Source: Selaginella moellendorffii (Eukaryota > Plantae > Lycopodiophyta). From it: a stretch of 64,000 nucleotides of DNA. This document shows, piece after piece, positions 35,715-48,332 of the stretch. The notes under the pieces are model-generated. The model saw only the letters and a list, made by a program, of their open reading frames with translations, ran no database searches and was not told the origin of the DNA. The position numbers and the translations under genes are program-made. The first letter of the stretch is position 1; each line of letters begins with the position of its first letter. The DNA lies in assembly GCF_000143415.4 (NCBI RefSeq), contig NW_003314306.1:294029-358028 (forward strand), written 5' to 3'.

Positions 35715-35994
35715 TATTCCTTTACTAAGTTTCTAATGTATTTTATTTCAAGGTGAACAATCCGAATCTGAATTAGAGGAGGCATGATGGCATGTGGTCT
35801 GAGATGATGTGACATATGCATTTACCAATCACACGTGCATAAATCTAATAATATGGCGTGTGGCCCATATTAATGGCACATAAACCCATATTGTGGGCTT
35901 ACGTGCTTTATGTACCATCATTCCCTTGCAGCGTGTGTGTTGGTTTCCTTTTATAACACAACGAACTCCATATTTTAGGGTGAAGAGCGTTCTC

Positions 35995-36252
35995 ATGGCA
36001 AGCACAAAATCTGTAAGTGAGGCAGAAAAGGAGACGGAGAAGGAGATAGGTGAAGATGTAGAATATATAAGTCTTCCAAACTCCCCGTACTATACTCCAG
36101 GTGATCATTTTTCTGAACAAACGGCAACATTAACAACTATCGAGAACGCCCCAGTAACGTCAGAGACAACAATCCAAAGCAAAACAACTGACCCGGAGAA
36201 GGATGATAGTACCGCTGAGAGTACCAAAAAGGAGGTGTCCACTAGCGCTTAG
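35995..36252 (+). CDS. Small acidic Ser/Thr-rich ORF near the right TIR, function unknown
   Basis: Open frame MASTKSVSEAEKETEKE...; no recognisable family. Confidence 0.3.
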   Translation: MASTKSVSEAEKETEKEIGEDVEYISLPNSPYYTPGDHFSEQTATLTTIENAPVTSETTIQSKTTDPEKDDSTAESTKKEVSTSA

Positions 36253-36888
36253 GCTTATAATGGCGTGTGCCCTCATGCCATTTACTTGATCACCAAATAC
36301 CTTTTTCCCTTTGCACTAGTATATCTTAATACCGGTCTGAGAAATAGAATGGCATGTGCCCTCAGGCCTTTTACTAAATCACCTTTGAAAGAAATGCAAG
36401 CCTCTATGTCGTAAAAAAAAGGTACTAGAGAAATTCCTTAATAATATGAATGTTATTTAGTTTCATGAAAATACACTAAGGGTCAAATGAGTTAAATGAC
36501 TTCTCCAAACTAGCAATGCCTCTTGCTACACCTTCACAATTAGATTCATTAGAAAAAGATAACATTGAATAATATCTAAATGTTCTCACCATTAAGTTAT
36601 ATGTCTGGCTAATAGGAATGACGTTCATCTTGGAAAGCTCACCACACGCTCAATGAACAAACAAATAGTGTGTGCGCGCATGCCATCGCTCTTCTTTAGC
36701 TTCAGATTCGGCTTGTTCACCTTGACAATGAGATTTATTATACAACCAGATGGACTCAGTCTGGACACAAAGTCACCGCGCTAGTCACCATGCCCCAGAT
36801 ATGTCTAGCCCCTGGACAAAAAACATATAATTTCACGTCATTTTCAAATACTTGAAAATTTGTACCTAGTCCCATTTTACTGAATAAA

Positions 36889-36910
36889 TCCCACTTTAAC
36901 GAAATAGAGC
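36889..36910 (-). repeat. Right terminal inverted repeat
   Basis: Exact reverse complement of 16258-16279. Confidence 0.92.
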
Positions 36911-36929
36911 TTTATTTGTGTTTTTACAG

Positions 36930-38417
36930 GCTACATTATAACTTGATAATTGTGACAATCAAGTTTCAAGTACAAAATTAGATAGCCTAGGAAATATTTT
37001 GGAAGTCCCTCTCTGATATTATCCTAAAGCAGACTAATAAGCCTGCAAACTTTTATGATTTTATGGCAGATCGGGCTGGTGCAAACTGGAATGGTGTCCA
37101 AATAGTTTTTGGGAATGGTCAGCCATTGGAAGGTTGTGAGGGGACTTGTGAGTTCCACTGGGCTCAAAGCCTAAACTAGCATTGCCACCTTATCAAGCCA
37201 AAGTTTCAATTAATGTTTAAGGAGTTGTGTAAACAGTGGCAAGTTGCACCTTCTGAAGAAGAGCATAAGGCAAAATCAAATGTGATCCAAATGTGGTGGT
37301 GTGAAGATGGCTATATGGACGTAAGTTGTCTATCACAACTTGAGTTAGGGTGGTGGGAAGTTAAGATGTTTCAGTGGGGACATCATTCTTTTTAGGTTTT
37401 TTTTTTTTTCCTTCTCATTTTCTTGCCTCTTAATATTGCCTTTTCCATTAGGATCAACCACTTAAGGACCTTATATACACCCTAACTATGAATCTCTTTG
37501 AAAGTAAGCCTTGGAGTTGGTGTTCCTCTAAGGCAAGGAAAGAGAAGATGAGTCTATACGAAGCTTGTTTATTAAATTTGATATGTGCTATAGAGCAATC
37601 TTCAAAAGTGTTAGCATTCGAGGAAAGAAAATACATGGGAATAAGGCCTTTTGTTGAGATGTTATGTGATAAAATGAAGAGAAAATTAACTCCACCCACC
37701 CGAATAGTGGCAATTACAGTTGAGGAAGTGGCGCGTGGCACATCTATGGAGTACACTCCCCAAGCTTCTATTGGTGATATGAAGACTATCCGCTCAAAGC
37801 ATTATTTTTACTGGTGAAGATGTTAACACGGACCTTGGAGTGAAAAGCTCTTACAAGCCTGATGTTGAGTACTATTTTGCTCCAAGACATCACTTTCGAA
37901 CTAAACCACTTTAATGGCTGATGAAGAGAATGTATCACAATAGGTTAAAATTGCTTACTATAGCATGGAGCTAAAGCAATGGGCAATCCAATGCATCCTA
38001 ACAAAATCAAATGTAAAGTGTGTGGAAATGCTTCTAAGGGGAAAATGTTGAGCTTAAATTCATGGTGACAAATTTGCTTCTATTCCAACCCTATGTTTCT
38101 ATAGGGAATAAAAGAAAAGAGGATTTTCGAGATAATGCTAGCTATATTGTTGCAACACTAATGCCAATCATAAGAAGCAACTTAAAGACACTATAGTGAC
38201 TAAACCTAATGCAGTACCTAAAGAATGGCTAGTTATTAATAGGGTCGCACTCATCTCAGATGAGATTGAAAACCTTAAAAAATCTAGTTTTAATCTTGAG
38301 AGGAGAGTTAGAGCCATGAGTGATAGAATCAGGACTATTCCTACAAAGATGCATAGGAGGCCAATAAGAAAAGGTAAAGTAGTTAAATTTATTGATACCG
38401 TCTCCAAGCAAAAGTAG
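36930..38417 (+). pseudogene. MULE-like transposase remnant (piece 3)
   Basis: After the AG acceptor at 36929: IFWKSL...FMADRAGANWNGVQIVFG...TCEFHWAQSL (MULE D...C.FH motif). Many stops. Confidence 0.75.
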
Positions 38418-40521
38418 GGTAAAATAAATTAGTTCAAACACTTGAGTGTGAGATTTTCTCCACGAAGTACATCACTACACTTGCAAAGTAGTATATAGTC
38501 AAAACAAAAGGTGGAGAGTACACAATTGCTATTTAAGACTTTCTTTCTTCCACATGTCCAGACTTTACGAAGTGTGAGGAAATAATATAAATTTATTATA
38601 CTTTATATATTTAATTAAAAACATTTTTTCATTTCACTTTTCATTTTATATACTTGTGAGTGTTCTTTTTGCAAATATTGCCCATAGTACTCGTGTGTCT
38701 TCATTTCTATCTTTACCATTTTAAAAAATATTTCATGGTAGTTTTTCGGGTGTGTGATGTTGTAATGTGTTGCAAAAGCATATATACCATTATACTGATC
38801 ATCACTATTTTTTCCACCAAAAGTTAAAAAATATATAGGGCATTTCTTGAAAGTCACAGAATTGAAGTTTTCTAAAACAAGTATGATAACATTCTTTTTC
38901 ACTCAATTTGTTGTGCCCTCTATTATTGCATTTATCTCCAACTCATGATCACTATCTTCACTATCCTCTCTTTCATTCTCTTGTGTGGTTTAGTTATGCT
39001 GTGCAATGGGATAGTTATTGCATCTTTTAACCTTTGACTCTGGGAAGAAAGATTATGAGAGTTAAAGTTATCAACACTAAAACTTACAGATATTTGTATG
39101 TATTTCCCTATTTTTAAATAAAAGTGTGAATGAAGATTCATAAATTCTAGACAATATGCTATGACAAAACCCTCAAGAATGTATTCTAGAAAAGAACCAA
39201 ATTTTTTTTTTATATGTAAAAGTTTACATCAACAGTTATTTTTTTTTCCTTTTAAACGGTTATATGGTCTTACATAAAATCTTATTTCAGATTTATTAAT
39301 TTTTTAATTCTAACAAACCTGTTATTTACTAGCCAAAAAGCATAGAGTATAAATTTAAGGAAGTGACAAGAATATTTTTTTTGCAAACATCTTATTTTAT
39401 ATTTTAACAAACATCCCTATTATGGCATATAGTAAATATTTAAATTGTTAGAACAAGAAGTGTTATTTAGAACATTTTTATCTATGTAATATATAGAGAG
39501 TTATGAAATTATTAAGTTTGCTATAACTTTAATATTTTAAAGTTTTTAATGTTTGTATTAAACTATAATTGAAACTTGAGCTCAAGTTATGAGCTCAACT
39601 CTTCAACTCGTGAGCTCAAGTATGGTCTCTGCTCACTTAGTTAAGCAAACAAAATAGTTTAGTTTTTGCTTTCTTATACTTTTGCCTAATCATATAAAGT
39701 GGGGATCACTAAATGGTAATTCTTTTCTGTGAAGAGGTATGTACACTTATGGATCATGTTTCACAAATGGTGGTTCTCACTTTACAAAGGGTATTTCACA
39801 CATAAAATGGTGAGTATTTCCCCTAGCAATTGAGCATAGCACAATTGGTCTAATAAATAGATTTTTATGCTTATTGACTGAGCTTGCAAACACTACTCAA
39901 TGTGAAAGGTGTCACTCTTATATAGATTGTGAGAGTACTTATATCACATTTGGCCCCATAGGGAGAAATCAAGGGCAATGATGTGTAATGTGCTTTATAT
40001 CCTCTAAAGTGAGGTATAGATAAAGAGCAAATATATAAGTCAATATTTATATATAAGAAATAAGTCTTGATTAATTCACTTAGGTGTATTAGGTGTAAAG
40101 TGGTTTAAATAGTTAGAGTGGTTTATGATAACCGTTTCCAAATTTTCAATTTATGAGTCTTATTCGAGTCTCATAAGTTCTTGCAATATGCATAAGAGAC
40201 TTAAACTCGAGATAAATCTACTCTCAAACCGTATTTGAGTAATTGTTCAAGCTAAAAGACCTTGAATCAAAGCCTTGAGACAACATAATGTTTTAATTAT
40301 GATTCTGCCTTTGTCAAAATATCATAAGATTTAAGTGAATAATTCCCTAATTTGTTCTTCACGTAACTCTCTTTAAGTTCGAGTCAAAAACAAGAGTTAC
40401 AGATGCCCAACTTTCTTATTTGTGTATGCCTAGAAAAATTGTGACATCCTGTTGGAAAATGTGTCCTTTAAAAACCCAAGTGAGAATTTACTCAGAAGAA
40501 AAGAATTTTAGAGTAGTTAAT

Positions 40522-43500
40522 TGTAGCACATGTGGTTTATCCTATAGTGATTTACCATAGGATAACACCATGAAACAGAACCTAAACCCTCTTTATGCCA
40601 TGTGACATATGCCACGTGTCTAAAGGACAGTGGTGCAGAACCCGAGGTTTAGGGCCTTGGGCCACTGAATGAAGGAACGGTGCCAAACTCCCAAGCATGG
40701 AGCCAAGGAGTGATAGAACCGAACCATGGAGCAACTCCCAAGCATACAGCCCAAAGAGCAAAAGGGCAGGAGCCTAAAGTGATTTGGAACAGTCCTAGAG
40801 CAACTAACATCCCAATGCTAAGACCAGCATGCAAAATGGAGCCAAATGAAGTTTGGTGCTATTTCGGCATTCTGGTGGCCTAACGCAAGGACATGGGTAC
40901 TCCACTATCTAGCATGGAATGGAACTTGGGCTTAGACCCAAGCCAGACGCAAAACAAGGATAGGCACGCAAGCAAGAGTTGGATTATGCCTCAAGTTGGT
41001 CAGCCATGCCCAACCTACCCACTATCCTTACTATACATTTGAGACCCCCAATATCCCCCCCCCCCCCCTCCCTTGAGGAACACACGCTTTGGGCTTTCAC
41101 CCCAAGCCTCCCTTAATATCAGGAGTTAGTCTCTGGGACAATCTTGAAACTTACTAGATATGGAATGACCTTAGATTGCGAATTTGGACATGGGATGAAC
41201 ACCATTGTGTTTAGGCCAATCCTTATATTCCATAAATATGCCAAATGAGCAAATTTAGACACTTCCATAAATAGCATTTGGGACCGAAATGAGACTAACA
41301 CAAAGGGCATGATCGCGAGGGTGTTTAGCAAACATGGTAAGCTATCATTTAGCGAATATTGAGGGACCAATCTCAACATCACGGGGGTTCTTGATACTAG
41401 CAAGTGCAAGCCAATGACTTAAGTTTCTCAAACTAAGCCGAGTATGCTCAGCAAGAAACACATAGAGTTCATACCTTATGTTTATCCAATCTAAGTACAT
41501 GGTCATTGACCAATTTCTCAACTAGCTCAAGTGGGAACTGATAACTGGCCTAGCAATACCAACCTCCTACCGTTGTGGCAATAAGGAAAGAATATCCGAA
41601 AGGATTATCTGACAAGTAACTTTCGATACCCGAAGTCACATTCACAGGAGAATCTCACTGCACAAGATAGAGTTTATAGGAAATAATATTAGGGAGATTT
41701 ACTAAGGGTGAACACTTTTTGGACTTAGCGACACAAAGTATTTTTTATGGAACTGAAAAGATACCTCAAACATGGAAGTAATGATCTTATGTTGTTTGGT
41801 GTAACAATCAAAGAATAGGAACAAAAGACTAATAGCCAAAAATGAGTTATGGAAATCATTAAAAAGAATCTAAATAGCAAAGTTAAATAATGAACACTCA
41901 TATATGTTTGATACTAATGAATTGTGGGAAAGACAATATATTTCTAAAAATGGATCACTAAATGTTTCAATTTAGCCAAAATGAAAGCTCCAAAAACAGC
42001 AAGATAGCAAAATGATAGAGTTATGGACAACTCTAGCACAAATTATAGATTTCAACTATAGATTAATAGGATGTACAATATCAAAGTTATAGACAAAGAT
42101 ATAACACTCTCCCCCCTAGGGAAGATTGATGTCCTCGTCGATGCACACTCGATTCTAGAATATTGCCAAGGAAACAACTCTAGAAAAAATTCATGATATT
42201 CACACTATATAAGAAATGCATCAACTTAAATGAGTTAGGAGGCAACCTCTTTGTCTAACACAGATGCGTTACTAGCTCAAACACCTTCCGGCCATCGCCG
42301 ACAAGGAAATAACCAACGGAGTCAGCCACCCTTGCTACTCTAGATGTCACCCAGCTTACAAAAGTGTGATACGCCCCTACCTATAGGGACATAGAGAGAA
42401 AAGCCAAAGGCCGCAACGCTCATGAGCAAAGAAACCAAACTCGTTGGTAAAGTTTAGATAGACTACTATAAATAGGCAATTAGAGTTGTTTACATGGTCA
42501 CACCCTTTTAACGGAATAAGGAACATCGACAAAAAGGTAGGTTATGTGACCAGTCGACAGTAGCTACCTCATGACTAAAGATTTCACCATACACACGAAG
42601 TGCCAAAGCCAATTTACCTATACTGGCCCAAACTTAAAGATCAATAAATGGACAATATCAAAGTCAATAGACAATGATACCTTAGAGTCGGAATTATCAG
42701 TGAATAAATCTTAGATTAAAACACAAAAGTATTCCAAATAAGTTATCATTCAATAAACCAGCATTAGAGTATAGGAACCACCAAGATTATCATAATTGGT
42801 AAACACAAAATTCACCATCAACAAAATTCAATAGCAAGTATGTCATCAAGTAAACTCAATGATAAAACTTAACTATGAAAGATTGTAGACAGAATGCTAC
42901 ACTTAAAGAACTCAAAGAATATAAAGTATCATTGATTGGCAAGCAAAATACTTGCGAATACATCACCTGAAGGTCCCCAATCTATCAGAACTAACTCAAA
43001 CAATAAATGACAAAATAGAATGAACATAGCAAGACTAACAAACACTCGTTCATGCTAAGTATCGCACCAGCTAGTTTGAATATATCTTGGTCAATAATAC
43101 CAAGGAACCAGAGTTGCTCAAGCAAGCATCGGCAACATCCTATTGATGTCTCAAACCCAAAAGACCAATCCAGAGTAAACCACAAAGAACATGTGGTATT
43201 GCGAAAAGCTAGAAGCTATCAAAGAAAATAACCAACTATTATGAAAGACTATCAATCATCCTATCAAGAAAGAGATGCATAATCATTGTCAAAGAAAGAA
43301 TCCACCATCTTGAAGAATAGCGAATCATTCTATATCAACAATAACCAAGCAAAACCTTTGACAAGGATAATTGACCATCCTAATTGATAATCAATCATCA
43401 CCAATGATTGCTAAATGCAAAAGCAAACTTCAACATTGAAGCTAATGAGCTAAAAATGCCTTTCCTTAACAACTCTGAACAAATGGAACAATGAGCATGA

Positions 43501-46500
43501 AAACTTAAGGAACCAAAAACTCGAAGAAGCCTATAGCCAAGTTTTTCCTAACAACGATCACGAGTCTCGCATGGACTAACTTCAATGCTAAAGAAGAAAT
43601 CATGGTGTAACCCACAATATCCTCCTCAATACATCCAGAAGCTAAACTTCATAATACAAAGTTAATGAAGAGCATATCTGCATCAATTCAAAAGCCAAAC
43701 ATAATGGAGCTATGCTCAACAAGTGATCACGAAACGATCCTTCATCAATCCATCTATAGCAAAACGTAACTCACTTTATAACAAGCACAAGAAGAATCAT
43801 CAATGATCAATATATTCCAACTTAAATCCAATAAAGATTCAAACATTTCAATATTGATCACTAACTCTTCTTTTCGTAAAGCTAATATAGTCCATGACTA
43901 GATCACTTTTTAAGGAAAAGCCAAAGCTCAACCCCTACTAAATAATCTCATCTAGAACACAACTAACTCAAATTTGCCACTCAATTCGTTTGAACGTTAA
44001 CACAATTGTTAACTAGAAAATGCATGAATGCTAATAACACAAAGCCATAGCTAAATCATCAACACTATCTTTATCGAGACTAATGAAACTCGACATCAAT
44101 CTTTTGGAGAGACATCTTATTTCACTTAAATCTCAACATCAATAATGTCAATGACAAATCATCACTTCAATGCTATCAACACCAGAACAAAGCTAGAAGA
44201 AAGCAAAAGTGAACCACCACTCAAAACTCTCTTGCAACTAAGCTAACCAAAGTTGAAGATACTTTAATCAATATCCGAGACCAGTTCTTCAACAATACTT
44301 AGTTTCAGATAACACATCATCAAGGAGTGAATTACCACATCCAAGACTTAATGAAATCCAACACTACAAACTAAACTTATCCAAATGATATCGACAAAAG
44401 AATCGATATGCCAACATGGAAAACCCATGTAAGTTTAACAACACGATCCTCCATAACACCATCCGGTAAAGCAAGCCCATCACTGCTAAATTTTCATCGA
44501 ACGAAGCAAGTGTCACAATCTTTGACAAAGTCTACCAGCAATCACTAGTTGCAAAGCAATCAATAATCACTCTTCAACTTGCCTTCACAAGAACCAAACA
44601 CTACACTTGTGCCATTGAGTCATACACTTGTTCAATATAAACGTAATACCCTAGGTACGAGATATTGGCTCATGGACAAGCATGAATTAAATGACCACTC
44701 GAATCCTACTCAACTGCAATAAGCTCACTAATGCGTTTAGCCAATAGCTCTGAGCATGCCTTGAAAAGGCTAGCTATGCATGATCAACACTTAATTAAAT
44801 TAAAGTGAAGACCATGAGATGAACTTATATCGGTACACAACCTCCTTATAGACAAAACTATAGTATGGGTACTAACATCTCAAACTCAAACAACCAAATT
44901 GGACATCACTATCCTCAACCAAGGCATAGGGCTACCAAGACTAAGTCAAGATCAGTGAAAGCTTACTACTCTCATAGAGTCTTAACGAAATACAAAGTGT
45001 AATCTGCCACTGAGCATAACACTACAGAAGAAAGGCATAAGGGTCACCCTTCTTAGAAAAGTGCAATGGCCACTTTTCTATACCAACTCTAGACTCTATC
45101 CAACTCAATTGCCTTAGCCCCAAAAGTCAGCATCTCTTTTGGGCCGCATCATACAAATTATATACTAAAGTCTAAGCTAATTAAAGTCAACTCCAACCCC
45201 TTCACTAGTTTGTATTAGCTTACGAAAATGGAATGGTTTTCGGGCAAATGATCAATAGATCAGCCATTGGAAAAGCCTAAGAAAATTTGTGGAAAATTTC
45301 CATCCTAAAGAAAAAATGACTCTCAGTCTAGGAGTACAAACTTTCAAGACTCAACTGACTTCCTCCTACTAACAACTTCACATAGGTTCACCTTAACATA
45401 AATTTTCAAGACCCATAGTATACTTAAGCTCAAACATCTTTTTGCCCATACTTCCGACATCCAACTCCGATATCCGCAAAAATGCAAAATGAACATCCAA
45501 GGCTTGATCATGAAGACCATATCTTTGGATATCCAAATTGCACTAACACCCTTCTTCAATCACTTTCAAGATACAATGTGAAGCCAAAACACTAACAAGA
45601 AAAATGACATGGAAAATTAAACTCTAAAGAAAATTCCTCATCACTCAAAATAACAATGCCACTTCCACTAACACAAGTGCTAGTAATGTTAATGTCTCAA
45701 CTACACACTTTCTCCATCCAACAATTTACTCCAAGTACTAACGGATCAGCCAACAAACTATAACAAATGAGTGCTATAACTTTTTCAAACATCTCAATGG
45801 ACAAACTCTCAAGGAACAAGGAACCAACTTATGCTTAGCATAATGGACCACCATCAGGAATCCAGTCAAATCTACTACAATGCTACTACGTGTAAGTAGA
45901 CTAGCTTCACTATCAATCACTTTGGGGTTGATCATCGTTTAACCAAGCAATTTCGTAAACACATTGCTCACTATCACATGAATATGATATAATAATCACA
46001 ATGATTTAATCATCAATTGAGCAACACCACAAGCAATGCCTATATCACTACTTCAAAGGTTTACGTGAATATCAAGTGCTAACTCAATTTGACAAAATGC
46101 AACATAAATGCCACACCCCATCAATAGAGATTTACAACACTTAACACTACTAACTTTTGTTCACAACATAGGCAAGCTTATGCCACTCTCTTTCCAACCA
46201 AACTCAAAATTAATCCAACACCAAGCTACTTAAGGAGCAATAGCAAGGTTCCCTAGAAAAGAATTGAGCATTGCAACCCAAGTTTTCAATAGCAAGCTTA
46301 AAAAAAAATGGTTTAACGCTTCACCACTATTCATCCCATGACTCACCATTTACAAGACCATCATTTTCAACATGCATCAAGGTAGAGACTCTTGATTGTA
46401 TAATGTGAACACGAGCAATGAATCACGCCTCATTGCAAATTATCTCTCCAAGAAGAGAAAATGATTTACGTATTTGATCCTTCGTCCTTGACGACTCTCT

Positions 46501-48332
46501 TTTTGGTCTCATTTTTTATCAAATCTCAAGCTTGCTTTTGCACTGCCTTTAATCCAATCCAAGAAAAGTTTATGAGAGAGTATAGCAATGATTACTTGAA
46601 TCAATAGACTCATCCCTATAGTCTTGATTGATTCACTTGTATTCATGCCTAGGAAGGATCCACTAGTGCTGTGCTAAACAGCTACAGACCAGCCTATTTG
46701 CCACTCATAGTAAACCCAGGGAAGGTTTACTTTCACCTATGGTACTTGGAAACACTCATGGAACTATTGAAACAGCTCATGGAACCACTGATAGGTTAAC
46801 ATTAATCTTGCTAACTCAAAGTGCAACCTTGAGTTGCTAATGTGCCCCATTCACAAGCCCAAGCATAAACTCATGCAAAATGGTACACTTCAAATCCATC
46901 TTACCAACTCAAAGTGTAATCTTGAATTAATAATGTGCCTCACTCACGAGCCCAAGTGCAAACTTGTGCAAGTGGAATAACTCAATCCCTCTCATGAGCC
47001 TAAGAGCAAGCTCACATTATTACGGTACAAAAAGGTAACCAAATCCATACCCAAGGAACAATTGTGAAGCCTTTGCACCCAAACGTGTACCCACTCGGAT
47101 CATCGTTTTCATCTCTGCGTATGCAACGAGACTAGTTGCCCAATCTCATTGAATAGCACTCATTGAGACTCATTCTCTAATACCAAATGTAGCACACGTG
47201 GTTTTGACCCTTTATCCTATAATGATTTACTATAGGATAACACCACAAAGCAGAACCTAAACCCTCTTTATGCCACGTGACACATGCCACATGTTATATG
47301 CCACATGTCCAAAGGACAGTGGTGTGGAACCCAATGTTCAAGGCCTTGGGCCACTGAACGAAGGAACGATGCCAAACTCCCAAGCATGGAGCCAAGGAGT
47401 GACGGAAGTGAACCACAAAGCAACTCCCAAGCATATAGCCCAAGGAGCAAAGGGACAGGAGCCCGAAGTGACTTGGAACAGTCCTAGAGCAACCAGCATC
47501 CGAATGCCAGGACCAACATGCAAAATGGAGCCAAACAAAGTCTGGTGCTATTTCGGCATACCGGTGGCCTAATGCAAGGACATAGGTACTCCACCAACTA
47601 GCATGGAATGGAACTTAGGCTTAGACCCAAGCCGGACGCAGAACAAGAACAAGCACGCAAGCAAGAGCTAAACTATGCCTCAAGTTGGTCAACCATGCCC
47701 GACCTACCCACTATCCCTACTATACATTTGGAACCCCCCATATCCCCCCCCCTCCCCCCCCTGAGGAACACACGCTTTGGGCTTTCACCCCAAGCCTCCC
47801 TTAGTATCAGGAGTTAGTCTCTGGGACAAACTTGAAATTTACTAAATATGAAATGGCTCTAGATTGTGAATTTGGACACAGGATGAACATCATTGTGTTC
47901 AAGCTAATCTCTACATTCCATAAATATGCCAAATGAGCAAATTTAAACACTTCCATAAATAGCATTTGGGACCGGAATGAAACTAACATAAAGGGCATGA
48001 TAACGAGGGTGTTTGGCAAACACGGTAAACTATTATCTAGCAAATATTGAGGGACTAATTTCAACATCGCGGGGGTTCTTGATATTAGCAAGTGCAAACC
48101 AATGACTCAATTTTCTCAAACCAGGCCGAATATGCTCAGCAAGAAACACATAAGGTTCCTACTTTATGTTTATCTAAGTACATGGTCATTGACCAGTTTC
48201 TCAACTAGCTCAAGTGGGAATTAATAATGGGCCCAGCAATACCATCCTCCTACTGTCGTGGCAGTAAAGAAAAAATATCCGAAAGGAATAGCCGACAAGT
48301 AACTTTCGATATCTGAAGTCACATTTGCGACA
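40522..48332 (-). mobile_element. Old LTR element with a non-coding or decayed interior
   Basis: LTRs at 40522-about 41733 and 47188-48332, clearly diverged. TSD TTAAT at 40517-21 and 48333-37. Met-type PBS TGGTATTAGAG on the minus strand at 47175-47185. No retroviral ORFs inside. Confidence 0.88.

Larger units (their letters stand above)
16258..36910 (+). mobile_element. Giant TIR DNA transposon (Sola1/DUF7869-like transposase) with cargo gene
   Basis: 22-bp perfect TIR GCTCTATTTCGTTAAAGTGGGA at 16258-16279 and 36889-36910. TTA lies one base outside each TIR (16254-56 and 36912-14). Removing the element restores a 56-nt GT-AG intron in the MULE transposase. Confidence 0.88.

Noticed and set aside
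16652-36686. 22-bp palindromes as CRISPR repeats or independent MITEs
   Set aside because: Spacing is irregular (36 bp to kilobases), there are no TSDs or shared flanks, and all copies lie within one element.
47270-47310. ATGCCAC(G/A)TG repeats in LTRs resembling the element palindrome
   Set aside because: These are direct G-box-like repeats without the 22-bp inverted structure.
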